From positions 9,606 to 73,605 of IMG/VR virus record IMGVR_UViG_3300008050_000036: a stretch of 64,000 bases of DNA; one strand, 5' to 3'. How positions within the stretch are numbered: position 1 is the first letter of the stretch; the number at the start of each line of letters is the position of its first letter. This document shows, one piece after another, positions 19,574 through 28,978 of the stretch. Position numbers and translations under genes: made by a program. Origin of the DNA: a virus. The notes beneath the pieces are model-generated. The model saw only the letters and a program-made list of their open reading frames with translations, did not search any database and was not told where the DNA came from.

Positions 19574-21799
19574 TTACAATACAAAATATGGGTTCGTTTC
19601 TGTTGCCTTTATGTGCCGAACCTCAAACTCAACATTTGCAGTAATTGGTCCTTTATCATCGGGCAACGGGTGGTCTGCTTTAGATACAGTATAATCTTCA
19701 ATGGTAATACTGCCATTTTGACGGGTTGAAGCAGAACCGGGTTTATTCAAAGTCAAGGTAATATCATTAGTATTGATGTGGTGTTTGCGCTGGCGTAATT
19801 CATCAAACCATCTACTATCTTCAACCAGTGCATTAAACTTGAAAGTGTATTCTCTTGCCGCTTCGGTAATTTCAGAAGCATAGTGTGTGGCTGCTTCGGC
19901 GGTTTGGTCAGAAGAAGCGTATGCGCCATCTGTCCCACGGATATACCACCGAGCAGTATTACCGTTTGCTATTGTTAATTCTGCATCAATGGCTCGCAAT
20001 ACTAATGCACCAAAGGCACTGAACGATACATGCTGAAATAGATACGGTTTTTCACCATTAACTGCAATACCCGATACTTTACGGTTAGCAAGACTATCTG
20101 CAGTATTTTCAAACATACGATGGGGTGTGATAAAATTACCTTTTGTGTCAGTGAACATTTTACCCGCCTCATAATCACCGCTTATTTTGACTTCACCTTC
20201 TGTATCTGCTTTTACTTGAAGGCTATTGACCTTACAACCTGAGAATATACGAAGTAATTGTTCGCCACCCGGAGTCACGTCTGTTTGTCTAAATGATTGT
20301 TCAATTGAAAAGGTAGGCAAAGTAGTATAACCAAAGAAGTTATGGATAACTCCATATTTCAATTCATTTGTAGTATCTAAAATATCGGGGCTTCCGCGCA
20401 ACCAACTTGAATTATATTGTAATCTTTCTACCCCACATGAAGCAGTAGTATGGTCGAACAAGAATGCTTCTTCAACATAAATATAATCTTCATCCCCACC
20501 GCTACTTGAACCAACGGCAATAACTCGGCGGATTTCATGTTTTTCCAAAGTGGGTGCGGTCACATCAGCACCCGGAATACTTACTGTATCTTTATCAAAG
20601 ATTTGCACATATTCACCAACAGTGAACTTATCCACCAAGTCTGACCCAATTTTCACCCTAATGTCACCTGCTGAAATGTTAGCCGTGGGTTGTGCAAGAA
20701 GGTAAATCGGAACATTGACGACTTGCGCCCTTGCTACTGCCCCGGTATCAATATCAGCACAAGAAGTAAGAGTAGTTGATGCACCACCACCTGCGCCGTA
20801 ATACCCAAGCAGAACATCATTTCCATCGGCTGAAAGCACCTTGAATAGACCTGCTGCGGGTGCTGATTCATGGCTTACATTAGCATTATTGGTGAGAGTG
20901 ATAGTAGCCGCCGGAACAGTAGCCACAGAAAGCGCACCAACGAATACATCTAAGTTGGTATAGGTGTTTGATAGACCTGTTAATTGGTTTGCACCAACGG
21001 TGGCCGTAATGGTTGTATCTATTCCGGCTGCACCTACTTCTTGTGCTGCATAAGCGGCAGTTGCCGAATCTTTGATATTGAGGGGTAAATCAGTCAATAC
21101 GGTGTCTGTGCCTGTCACATTAGAGAACTCGCCCATGCTTCGTGCCGTATGGCCTCCAAGAGCATATTTCATAAAGCGTAAAGAATGGGCGTTAAGGTCA
21201 TAACTCCCGCCTGAAAGTGTTTCTTTTCCACTGGTTAATACATTTACATCACGACCCATGCCGACAATATGTTGCTTTCGCACATCAATCTCCGGTTCAG
21301 GAAGGCTAAATGAATTGAGCAGACCCAAGAATTGGTCTGTTTTAACACGGTGGTCTGAAGAACCCATAGCCGCTTCAAAGGTAGGAACTCTCAAGTCATT
21401 TATGATAAAATAATCATCAGTATCAGCAGTAGCGGCAGATGTAGCCAAACGGGGTTGTATAGTAATACTGTCAGTATCATTCGCAGTAATATAATATGTT
21501 CGCTTGGTTGAAGTAAAATCATCGGCAGTAAAATTATTACTACCACCACTTGAATATATTTTCAAAGTAGCACCAACTAACATATTATCAGGCACTTCGG
21601 CAGCGGGACCAGCCGCTACCCAATACATACCCGCACCAATGTTCAATACTGAACTGTTGGCGGTAGGTCCATTTACACTATCCCAACCACCAGTAGTGGC
21701 GGTTGCGCCAGTATTACCTGTTCCTTGACCGAATAAGCCCGTTTCTTTTCCAAGCGATACTTCGCTTAAATCACCTTTATATATGTTATTTACAGCCAT
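19574..21799 (-). CDS. Major tail (tube) protein with large insertions (741 aa)
   Basis: Tube-like segments (LRFMKYALG; TLPTFSIEQ...FSGCKVNSLQV; ITEAAREYTFKF) separated by Ala/Thr/Gly-rich inserts. Position fits. Confidence 0.75.
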   Translation of the reverse strand: MAVNNIYKGDLSEVSLGKETGLFGQGTGNTGATATTGGWDSVNGPTANSSVLNIGAGMYWVAAGPAAEVPDNMLVGATLKIYSSGGSNNFTADDFTSTKRTYYITANDTDSITIQPRLATSAATADTDDYFIINDLRVPTFEAAMGSSDHRVKTDQFLGLLNSFSLPEPEIDVRKQHIVGMGRDVNVLTSGKETLSGGSYDLNAHSLRFMKYALGGHTARSMGEFSNVTGTDTVLTDLPLNIKDSATAAYAAQEVGAAGIDTTITATVGANQLTGLSNTYTNLDVFVGALSVATVPAATITLTNNANVSHESAPAAGLFKVLSADGNDVLLGYYGAGGGASTTLTSCADIDTGAVARAQVVNVPIYLLAQPTANISAGDIRVKIGSDLVDKFTVGEYVQIFDKDTVSIPGADVTAPTLEKHEIRRVIAVGSSSGGDEDYIYVEEAFLFDHTTASCGVERLQYNSSWLRGSPDILDTTNELKYGVIHNFFGYTTLPTFSIEQSFRQTDVTPGGEQLLRIFSGCKVNSLQVKADTEGEVKISGDYEAGKMFTDTKGNFITPHRMFENTADSLANRKVSGIAVNGEKPYLFQHVSFSAFGALVLRAIDAELTIANGNTARWYIRGTDGAYASSDQTAEAATHYASEITEAAREYTFKFNALVEDSRWFDELRQRKHHINTNDITLTLNKPGSASTRQNGSITIEDYTVSKADHPLPDDKGPITANVEFEVRHIKATETNPYFVL

Positions 21800-21806
21800 T
21801 TTTTAT

Positions 21807-22241
21807 TCAACTCACTACTGGTAGGGGTTTGGCAAATGTCATCAATTCAACTTGCATTGTGTAGCGGAATAGCCTCTTGCTACGGTCCGACAAGTCGGTT
21901 CGGGTTTTGAAGATTGCCCTGTCAAAGTTAATACTATCCCCTTTTCTAAACAAATGTATGATTCGCCGGACCTCATCGCGGAGGTCAGAAAGACGGCCCC
22001 TTCCTTTGATTGTTCGCACATCAATAGTCAAATTAACATGTTCATTTACAAAGTCCATCAACAACTCCGGTTGAACTTCATTGTGCGAGGTTTCAAACAG
22101 ACGGATAATATCGTGGTCTTGGAGGCGAGTTCTTTTTCCTTCCCCTGTTTCAAGGGTAGCAATATCAAAAATAGATGGTTTGGGTGATATATTCCAATTG
22201 CTATTCAACAAAGAAGTAAAAGCCTCTATTGCATCTGTCAT
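21807..22241 (-). CDS. Putative tail terminator/completion protein
   Basis: 144 aa alpha/beta ORF just upstream of the tail tube (LTIDVRT...LRDEVRRII...FRYTMQVEL). Confidence 0.6.
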   Translation of the reverse strand: MTDAIEAFTSLLNSNWNISPKPSIFDIATLETGEGKRTRLQDHDIIRLFETSHNEVQPELLMDFVNEHVNLTIDVRTIKGRGRLSDLRDEVRRIIHLFRKGDSINFDRAIFKTRTDLSDRSKRLFRYTMQVELMTFAKPLPVVS

Positions 22242-22522
22242 TGATTCATCACCTTAAATAATTTAGCGCGAGATACCTCAACATTTAATGCGAAGGGGCT
22301 ATTGGCTTTATGTGCTTTCATTATATTGGCTATTTCTTCTTCATCTAAAGGCTTTTCATCTTCTAAAGCCATTTGTTGCTCTAAGAGAAATAATCCCTTA
22401 AGGTAATCCGGTTCATGGGCCTGTTGCCGTTCTAATGTTTTTTTGTATTCTTTTGTAGCAACACCCACCTTTTTGAAAAACTTTATCATATCAGGTAGGT
22501 CGGCTTTACTCATAATACTCAC
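22238..22522 (-). CDS. Hypothetical protein
   Basis: ORF coupled to both neighbours by stop/start overlaps. Confidence 0.65.
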   Translation of the reverse strand: MSIMSKADLPDMIKFFKKVGVATKEYKKTLERQQAHEPDYLKGLFLLEQQMALEDEKPLDEEEIANIMKAHKANSPFALNVEVSRAKLFKVMNQ

Positions 22523-22689
22523 CCCTGACGCATGGCATCTAAACCAGCATCCGTGGCTTTATTGTTGGTAGCACAATCCTTACAAAGATATTGGCGATTT
22601 GCATTACTCCATATTGGTCTGCGCTTACCGCATTTATCGCAATTTTGAATCAATCTTCCGCTTTTTACTATTTTTAATTTATCTGTCAT
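22519..22689 (-). CDS. Small Zn-ribbon protein (56 aa; not in ORF track)
   Basis: Hand translation MTDKLKIVKSGRLIQNCDKCGKRRPIWSNANRQYLCKDCATNNKATDAGLDAMRQG, with two CxxC. Fills the gap between neighbours exactly. Confidence 0.7.
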   Translation of the reverse strand: MTDKLKIVKSGRLIQNCDKCGKRRPIWSNANRQYLCKDCATNNKATDAGLDAMRQG

Positions 22690-22690
22690 A

Positions 22691-24298
22691 TCATCCACCC
22701 ATTCCTGTCACAATTATTGATTCTTGAAACGGCACAAGTAATTTCTGCACTTCGGCTTCTAATTTTTGGTGTTTCATAGATAAGTCCACATTTTGTGTTC
22801 CTTCAGGGAATAATACTGAATAATCATCTGACATAATAATATCCATAACTACTAATTTTGTGCAAGCATCAACAATACTGCGTTCAACATATCGCTCTCC
22901 ATAAATATAAGCCATACGTAGTGAATGGTTTTCAAAGAAGGGGTATTCATTGTTAAAGAGAATCATACCGTTTTCTTCTATACTCCACCAAGACTTTTGG
23001 CGTTCTTCGTCATTTATATCACACTTAAAGCGCACTTGTTTAACTACATCACCCACCAATATATTACCATCAAAGTCATTTAACTCATCATTTATGATTG
23101 TGAATGTATTGCCACTACGGGTGCATAGGGCAATACGATTGGTTGTCCCACTTTCGATATATACCAGCGAATGACTCTTAACAAAGGTTGAACCATCTTC
23201 AACAGTAAAAGAAGTAGCGGGCGCACCAGTCACAGTCAATACCGTGGTTTGAACGGAAGTGGTTAGGTTTGTTTTGTATGTAATTGCAGTATTGTGGGTG
23301 GTGGCAATTGTTGAATTGGCCCCTCCTTCGGTGCTACGCATAGAACTAATCTCCACCACTCCATCACCAGCATCACTATTAGCCAAAGCCAAAAACTCAT
23401 GGTTTAGGTTTAGGGCGGCGGTTGAACTGGATGAGGTTTCAGCAGTTAATGAGCCAATTTGTATGGCGGCTTTATTAAAATCCCCATCTTCATTTATCAA
23501 AGCAGCGAGATTATCCGCTGTGGATTTAGCATCAAAATCAGCCCGCCAATTAGTAGAAGCAGCACCTACTGTCAAAGTGGCAACTCCATTAGCACCCGGA
23601 CAAAGTAATATGCTTTGACTTGATAGTAAAGTGTGGTCCATTATTGTTAATCCTACGCGGGCAGAAGCCATTTCACGGTAATAGTCACCTTGCCATGCGC
23701 CCATCTTTAGAATGCGCTGGATAGCACCATGCTTAACAAAAACCGCACCCACGTAATCAGTATAATATCTGCGCCTAAATGGTTTGAATGTTGTAAAGTT
23801 AAGGTATTCTTCGGCTACTAAGCGGGGTCGCCAAGCATGACGGGTCACTTTATCTATGTAGTCTTGGCGATTGCGAATTAGATTCTCAACATGGCTCTTT
23901 TTAATACCCCGTTCATTACTATTGGTAAAGGCCGAAAGATGTTGGATTTGTGCGTTTTTATCACTTTCGTAAGTTCCACTCCCTACGGCCACAACATATA
24001 CCTGCCCCCCACTACCTACTGAACTAATGCCAGTGATTGTATATTGTGTTCCCAAAGCGTTATCATCATCATATACTAAAACAGTATCACCTGCTTCATA
24101 CCCCCAACGGCGATAATTAGCACCTGTGATGGGGAACTTAATGTCTGCCCCATCAATAACACTATCTGCCGCTAAAGCCACAGGGTCAGGTAATGGTAAT
24201 TGTAAATAGTCACTCACTTTAGATACAGTAGTATATACTAAATCATCAGGATATAGTGGTGCTTCCGGCCTATGTCCGGGTGTAAAGGTGCGAGGCAA
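22691..24298 (-). CDS. Head-tail adaptor/connector protein with insertions
   Basis: YTTVSKVSDYL...IRNRQDYIDKVTRHAW...YIYGERYVERSIVDACTKLVVMDI is a gp6/gp15-like adaptor pattern, split by beta-rich inserts. Confidence 0.7.
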   Translation of the reverse strand: MPRTFTPGHRPEAPLYPDDLVYTTVSKVSDYLQLPLPDPVALAADSVIDGADIKFPITGANYRRWGYEAGDTVLVYDDDNALGTQYTITGISSVGSGGQVYVVAVGSGTYESDKNAQIQHLSAFTNSNERGIKKSHVENLIRNRQDYIDKVTRHAWRPRLVAEEYLNFTTFKPFRRRYYTDYVGAVFVKHGAIQRILKMGAWQGDYYREMASARVGLTIMDHTLLSSQSILLCPGANGVATLTVGAASTNWRADFDAKSTADNLAALINEDGDFNKAAIQIGSLTAETSSSSTAALNLNHEFLALANSDAGDGVVEISSMRSTEGGANSTIATTHNTAITYKTNLTTSVQTTVLTVTGAPATSFTVEDGSTFVKSHSLVYIESGTTNRIALCTRSGNTFTIINDELNDFDGNILVGDVVKQVRFKCDINDEERQKSWWSIEENGMILFNNEYPFFENHSLRMAYIYGERYVERSIVDACTKLVVMDIIMSDDYSVLFPEGTQNVDLSMKHQKLEAEVQKLLVPFQESIIVTGMGG

Positions 24299-24299
24299 T

Positions 24300-24641
24300 T
24301 CAATTCCTCCAATTACTATTATGACTACCCAAATTATAGTTCATGCTTTTACTACATACTCCGCATTTAGGAGTCCAACAAAAATGTAATGCACCACAAC
24401 TTAAGCACCGTGTTCCAGCACCTATGTTTTGTATGTTTTTTTTAGTATTTCCTTTTATTTGTATGCGTTTGGTTGTAGCATAACGCATATTTTCTTCAGA
24501 AAAGGGAGATTCATCTTCGTGAACCGATGATTGAGAAGCATTGGCTATTTCGGCCATACGCACCTTACGGCGTTTTTGAATATCGTATGATTCCTCAAAG
24601 TCTAAGGTTTCTATTTCCATTCTGCGAGCCATATTAGCCAC
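24300..24641 (-). CDS. Zn-ribbon protein
   Basis: CLSC...CGVC near the C-terminus. Confidence 0.7.
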   Translation of the reverse strand: MANMARRMEIETLDFEESYDIQKRRKVRMAEIANASQSSVHEDESPFSEENMRYATTKRIQIKGNTKKNIQNIGAGTRCLSCGALHFCWTPKCGVCSKSMNYNLGSHNSNWRN

Positions 24642-24658
24642 CCCCTATGGGCGACTAA

Positions 24659-24991
24659 TTAAGCCCTGCCACCAGTGACCGAGATATTAACAGTCAAAGT
24701 AGATAGGTCAGTAGTAGGGTCTACATCAACAAGAGGTATATTTGCCCCCCCACCGTCAGCGGGGTCTGTTTGCCAATAAACTTTCAAAGCCCCTACTGTT
24801 GAATCATAAGCAACGGTATAGCCGTCTTTTTGCTCAATGTTCACCATATCAATACGAGGGACATAATTAGTGAGGTCAAGAGCCTCACCTGCGGGACCCG
24901 CATATGAATTATCAAAGGTGGCGGTCAAAAATGTAGTTATTCTATTGCCGCTTACTGAATTACGGCGTGTTTGCGATACGGTTAGTGCCAT
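24659..24991 (-). CDS. Putative virion structural (decoration-like) protein
   Basis: Small beta-rich ORF downstream of the MCP, with an AGGAG RBS. Confidence 0.6.
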   Translation of the reverse strand: MALTVSQTRRNSVSGNRITTFLTATFDNSYAGPAGEALDLTNYVPRIDMVNIEQKDGYTVAYDSTVGALKVYWQTDPADGGGANIPLVDVDPTTDLSTLTVNISVTGGRA

Positions 24992-25036
24992 GTTGCTCAA
25001 TTCTCCTGTGTGGGTATGCCTTTATCAATTATTCCC

Positions 25037-25597
25037 CTAATCATAGATGATTATAACAATAATTGAACCTGTATCTACCGCCCAAGCGTTAGTGGTTTGG
25101 AGGTTTATTTGCACTTTACCACAAACAACACCAGTCCAAGCGGCGGGGGTTGTGATTACCCCTCCTGTATGTGAAGGGGCTACCCCTCCTGAACTAACCC
25201 CTGTTGAAACCACTAAATTATTACAAATAGTAGGGGTAGGGACCGATGAATCATTTTGCGCCCCACCTTCGGTTGTTTGAAAGTGGTATGGGGCTGGTGA
25301 TGTAGTGCCAAAATCTAAACCTGTTAATTGGTCGAAAAAAGGAATAGCCGTTCCTAACGAATCTAAAATATCGGCCATTTTTAAGTGAAACTTACCTGTG
25401 GTTGAGCCAGCCCCTACTTTACTATCAGTAGCATCAACTATTATTTTATGGACCTTGCCATTGATATTGAGGTCTGCGGTTGCAGTAGTATTACCGGCTA
25501 AATCACTGTTGGTGAACTCATAAACTATTCGATTAACTCTTGTCCGACTACCATAACGGCCTACGCCGTCATCTATGGAGTCAGCAGTTAGGCTCAT
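25037..25597 (-). CDS. Putative virion structural protein
   Basis: Thr/Gly-rich beta protein in the head module. Confidence 0.6.
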   Translation of the reverse strand: MSLTADSIDDGVGRYGSRTRVNRIVYEFTNSDLAGNTTATADLNINGKVHKIIVDATDSKVGAGSTTGKFHLKMADILDSLGTAIPFFDQLTGLDFGTTSPAPYHFQTTEGGAQNDSSVPTPTICNNLVVSTGVSSGGVAPSHTGGVITTPAAWTGVVCGKVQINLQTTNAWAVDTGSIIVIIIYD

Positions 25598-26040
25598 TCT
25601 TCATCACCAAGAGAAGCGGCTCTTGCGGTCAGAGAAGCCTTAGTATCGGTTCTTTCAACACCCAAGCCCTGTTCTCTAAACCAGCGCATCATTTGGCTAC
25701 GGGTCCAGTTAGGGTCAAAGGGGTTCACTTCTTCAATAGGTGATTCAAATAATTCTTCAACAATAGAAGGTGCGGGTTCTTCTACCTTTACCTCTTTGAC
25801 GGGTTCAGGCTTTACTTCTTCAACTACTGCAAGTAATTCTTTTGTTGAAGGTGTTTTCTTCAATTCAGTGACTTCCCATTGAGGATAGCCGGAGTGTTCA
25901 AAGCGAACTGCCAATTCTTCAGGTATATCATCACGGACCATACCACGACTAAAACCATAGGTTTGCCCATTATGCTTAAACTCAACATAGGGGCGATTAC
26001 CCACATATTTTACTACTGACAAGGGCTTCCACCCCATCAA
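25594..26040 (-). CDS. Protein with C-terminal HeH/SAP-like motif
   Basis: WTRSQMMRWFREQGLGVERTDTKASLTARA follows an acidic Pro/Glu linker. Confidence 0.6.
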   Translation of the reverse strand: MMGWKPLSVVKYVGNRPYVEFKHNGQTYGFSRGMVRDDIPEELAVRFEHSGYPQWEVTELKKTPSTKELLAVVEEVKPEPVKEVKVEEPAPSIVEELFESPIEEVNPFDPNWTRSQMMRWFREQGLGVERTDTKASLTARAASLGDEE

Positions 26041-26417
26041 CGGTATAATATGCTAAGGCGGTGAGTATCACCGGCTGTTCCGGCGGCACTTGTGAAAGTC
26101 ACTGTTGCGCCCGATTGCCCAACTGCGGTAGGAACATCAGCGGCGGTTGTAGTATTGGTGATTCCCAATATGCTAACTACTGCTGTGCCATCAACGCCCG
26201 TAATACCTGTAAGCCCTATATCTGTTAAGTCAAAGGTGGTTGCGGTGGATGCCGCAGTAATAATCAAATCAATAACCAGTAGGTTAAGACCGCCTTCGGC
26301 GGAATTACTACCAATCGGCGATTGTAGCCATGCGGTGCTACTTGGGTCGCTTCCTGCCCACATTCGGTTGTCAATAACAACACTGCTGCTTGCTTCTGTA
26401 ATGTTTATGTTTGCCAT
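26037..26417 (-). CDS. Putative capsid decoration/structural protein
   Basis: Thr/Ala/Ser-rich beta ORF directly after the MCP, with a GGAGATGA RBS. Confidence 0.6.
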   Translation of the reverse strand: MANINITEASSSVVIDNRMWAGSDPSSTAWLQSPIGSNSAEGGLNLLVIDLIITAASTATTFDLTDIGLTGITGVDGTAVVSILGITNTTTAADVPTAVGQSGATVTFTSAAGTAGDTHRLSILYR

Positions 26418-26439
26418 TATTCATCATCTCCATTTAATT

Positions 26440-27597
26440 TCAACTAAGGTCCCGTATCTTCCCGCTTGCTTTGAAAAAGGTGCAAGTCAATTCGCCCATT
26501 GTGTGAAACATTCCCATCTGACCAAGACGGTTAATACCGAAGGGGTCGCCGGTTTCAATACCTGATTCGTGGTAAAGTGTTGGTTTTGCGGTAGTGAACC
26601 ATTGGTAGTCAGTATCTAAGAAGTAAAGACGGCTTGAACCACCGCTTTCTTTGTGAACATCTTTGGAGGGAATGATAGGCACACCGTTGTAGGTTGCTAC
26701 CATGAATCCACCTTGAATGCCCGGAACTCCCTTTACGCCATTGACGCCGGGAACTACACGCTTCATCTCAACAAATCGTTGCTGAGGTTGTAATAATTGC
26801 TGGATTGTTTCTAATGTGTCATATCCAGTTAAGATAACCTTTGGTTGGCCTCCTGCTTCCCATACACTGCGGAACATTCCGTCAAGCATATTAAGAGTAA
26901 GGGGGCGTTCTGCACCGGCTGTTCCTGCATCTACTTGGGCATCATACCATGAGGCTGAACCTGCGCTTCCACAGGTTAAATTATATATATCGTGGTCTGT
27001 TAATGCGCTAACATCACCAAAGGCTGCGGTTTCAACAAAGGATGAAGAAGTCACTCGGTCAAGAGATTCAAAGCCATTACCAGCAGGGGTGTCAATATCT
27101 TCAAGAAGCATCTTGTTCACATGTTCTGTGTGGTGCTTTGCCATTTCCATCTTCATTACTGCTCTTGCATCACCAAGTCCATCATCTTTGTCAGCGAGGA
27201 ACATTGCGGTTTCAGAAAGGTCAAATGTGTGAGCGATTGTCTTTGGCTTGGTGCTTACATGCTCAAAGGTAGGCTTACTGGTTTCAGGTAGGGTTGCGTT
27301 TTCACCAACACCGCCGCCTTTGTTAAAGTCAGGCTTTGCGGTAGTGACTCTCCAACCACTCTTTTCCCACGGTTTCTTAGGTAGGATTGAGAAGGCATTG
27401 AACTCTTGGTTCAACTGCGACCAAACTTTACGACCAAAGATTGCTTGGTATGTGCCGCTGGTGCTGCTCATTAAAGGTGCGTCTGCTTTCAAAAGGTCTG
27501 TCCCACTATAAGACCAAGCACCTTGTCCTGTGCCAGCCCCATAGTAAAGGCGTTCCATATCTTCAATCGTGCGTAAATATCCTGTGCTTCCACTCAT
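26440..27597 (-). CDS. Major capsid protein (HK97 fold)
   Basis: GVGENATLPET...PKTIAHTFDLSE...MEMAKHHTEHVNKMLL...YNGVPIIPSKD...GKIRDL. Lies directly after the protease/scaffold. Start at MSGSTG. Confidence 0.92.
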   Translation of the reverse strand: MSGSTGYLRTIEDMERLYYGAGTGQGAWSYSGTDLLKADAPLMSSTSGTYQAIFGRKVWSQLNQEFNAFSILPKKPWEKSGWRVTTAKPDFNKGGGVGENATLPETSKPTFEHVSTKPKTIAHTFDLSETAMFLADKDDGLGDARAVMKMEMAKHHTEHVNKMLLEDIDTPAGNGFESLDRVTSSSFVETAAFGDVSALTDHDIYNLTCGSAGSASWYDAQVDAGTAGAERPLTLNMLDGMFRSVWEAGGQPKVILTGYDTLETIQQLLQPQQRFVEMKRVVPGVNGVKGVPGIQGGFMVATYNGVPIIPSKDVHKESGGSSRLYFLDTDYQWFTTAKPTLYHESGIETGDPFGINRLGQMGMFHTMGELTCTFFKASGKIRDLS

Positions 27598-27610
27598 TTT
27601 TTTCAACTCC

Positions 27611-28945
27611 TTATTGTGTTCCTCCGAACATGGCTCTTTGGCCTAATTCCTCAAGTGCTTTCCACCCATCAACTCCGTTGCCTAAAGCAGCGTATTCTTC
27701 GTGGGTAGGAACTCTAATGTCGGTTTGTGCGGGAACTGCAACTGCTGACTTTTGAATCTCGGTGTTTTGTGTTTGGAGATTTGCTATTTCTGCTTTCAAA
27801 AGGTCAATTTGTCCTGAATAGTCTTGTGATTTCTGAATATCGAGTGCTTGTTGTGTTTCTGCTTCATAGCGGTCATGCCATTCTTTCTCAACAAGTGCTT
27901 TTACTGCTTCTTCATCACGGATTGCTGAGTATGCACCATATCCACGCTCAAGAGATTGTGGGCTTAGGTCAAGACCTTGCTTGATAACTTGTCTATTACC
28001 ACGGGCAGGGTGTTGATTCATACCGGCAACTTGGGGTTGCTTGATAACATATTTATTGGATTTGGCATTTGGTAGGCTTGGTGCGCTTGCGAGGGTAGCA
28101 TCTTCGCCACTACCTACTAAGTCACCCTGTCCTCTATGCCCATAGCCATGTTCACCATCAACGCCAGCCATATATGCTTTACCAAGACCGAAGTGGTCCC
28201 GAAGTCCGTTTAGATTAACACCTTGTTGGTGTGCAAACTTCTCAAGGGTATCAATGTAGGCAACGGCGGCTTCTTCGCCCTTACTTATTTCTGTTTGTTG
28301 TATTTCTTGTGTTGGTTGCTCAACTGCGGGTTCGTTTGTTTCCATATGCTTGTTAATGCGAGATAGTGCATCTCGGATTTCAGTTAGGGTTTCTGCTTGT
28401 TCATTTGTCATATTATCCACTTCCATTTTTAATAGTGTATATCCTGATTCGGGGTTAATCCCCTTTTTACACAAAGTAATTTCATGCAACTCCATATCGG
28501 TTATTTCGCGGTGTGAGCCGTGTTCTTCCGTAGTCTTATTTACTCGGAACAAGGCTTGGCCTCCGATAGAAAATGCTCGCAATTCACCACTGCGAATCTG
28601 TTTTTGCACTTCACGTGCTTTTTCAATATCATCTCTAATGCGGCATATAACAAAGAGTCCATGTTCATCAACATTTGATTTCCATACCCTGCCGTCTGAA
28701 TCAGTAAAGGAGTCAAGAACCTCACCAACTTGAATACCGCTATGTGCTAATTGCACATTACGATAAGACTTGTTAGCCATAAAACCATTAAAGGCTTTCT
28801 TTAATGCAGATACAGGGATTCTATCTCCCTGCTTATCTACCATATCAACAGAAGCATACCCCGCTACTACAAGGTCTTTATCAGCGACAGACTTCAAAAT
28901 AAAGTCTTGACCGATAGCCGACCATTGAGAGGTTGCGCTCGCCAT
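27611..28945 (-). CDS. Prohead protease (HK97 gp4/XkdF-like) fused to a coiled-coil scaffold
   Basis: VVAGYASVDMVDKQGDRI, AHS (His), LRAFSIGG (Ser), LHEITLC (Glu). Helical Gln/Glu-rich C-terminal half. Start re-assigned to MASATS at 28945. Confidence 0.9.
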   Translation of the reverse strand: MASATSQWSAIGQDFILKSVADKDLVVAGYASVDMVDKQGDRIPVSALKKAFNGFMANKSYRNVQLAHSGIQVGEVLDSFTDSDGRVWKSNVDEHGLFVICRIRDDIEKAREVQKQIRSGELRAFSIGGQALFRVNKTTEEHGSHREITDMELHEITLCKKGINPESGYTLLKMEVDNMTNEQAETLTEIRDALSRINKHMETNEPAVEQPTQEIQQTEISKGEEAAVAYIDTLEKFAHQQGVNLNGLRDHFGLGKAYMAGVDGEHGYGHRGQGDLVGSGEDATLASAPSLPNAKSNKYVIKQPQVAGMNQHPARGNRQVIKQGLDLSPQSLERGYGAYSAIRDEEAVKALVEKEWHDRYEAETQQALDIQKSQDYSGQIDLLKAEIANLQTQNTEIQKSAVAVPAQTDIRVPTHEEYAALGNGVDGWKALEELGQRAMFGGTQ

Positions 28946-28970
28946 TAAACTGCTTGACTTAGTGTTATGG

Positions 28971-28978
28971 TATTTAAG
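28971..28978 (-). promoter_or_regulatory. Putative archaeal TATA box for the protease-capsid operon
   Basis: CTTAAATA lies 26-33 nt upstream of ATG 28945 with no RBS, consistent with a leaderless archaeal transcript. A similar CCTTAAAG lies about 23-30 nt upstream of ATG 47009. Confidence 0.45.
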
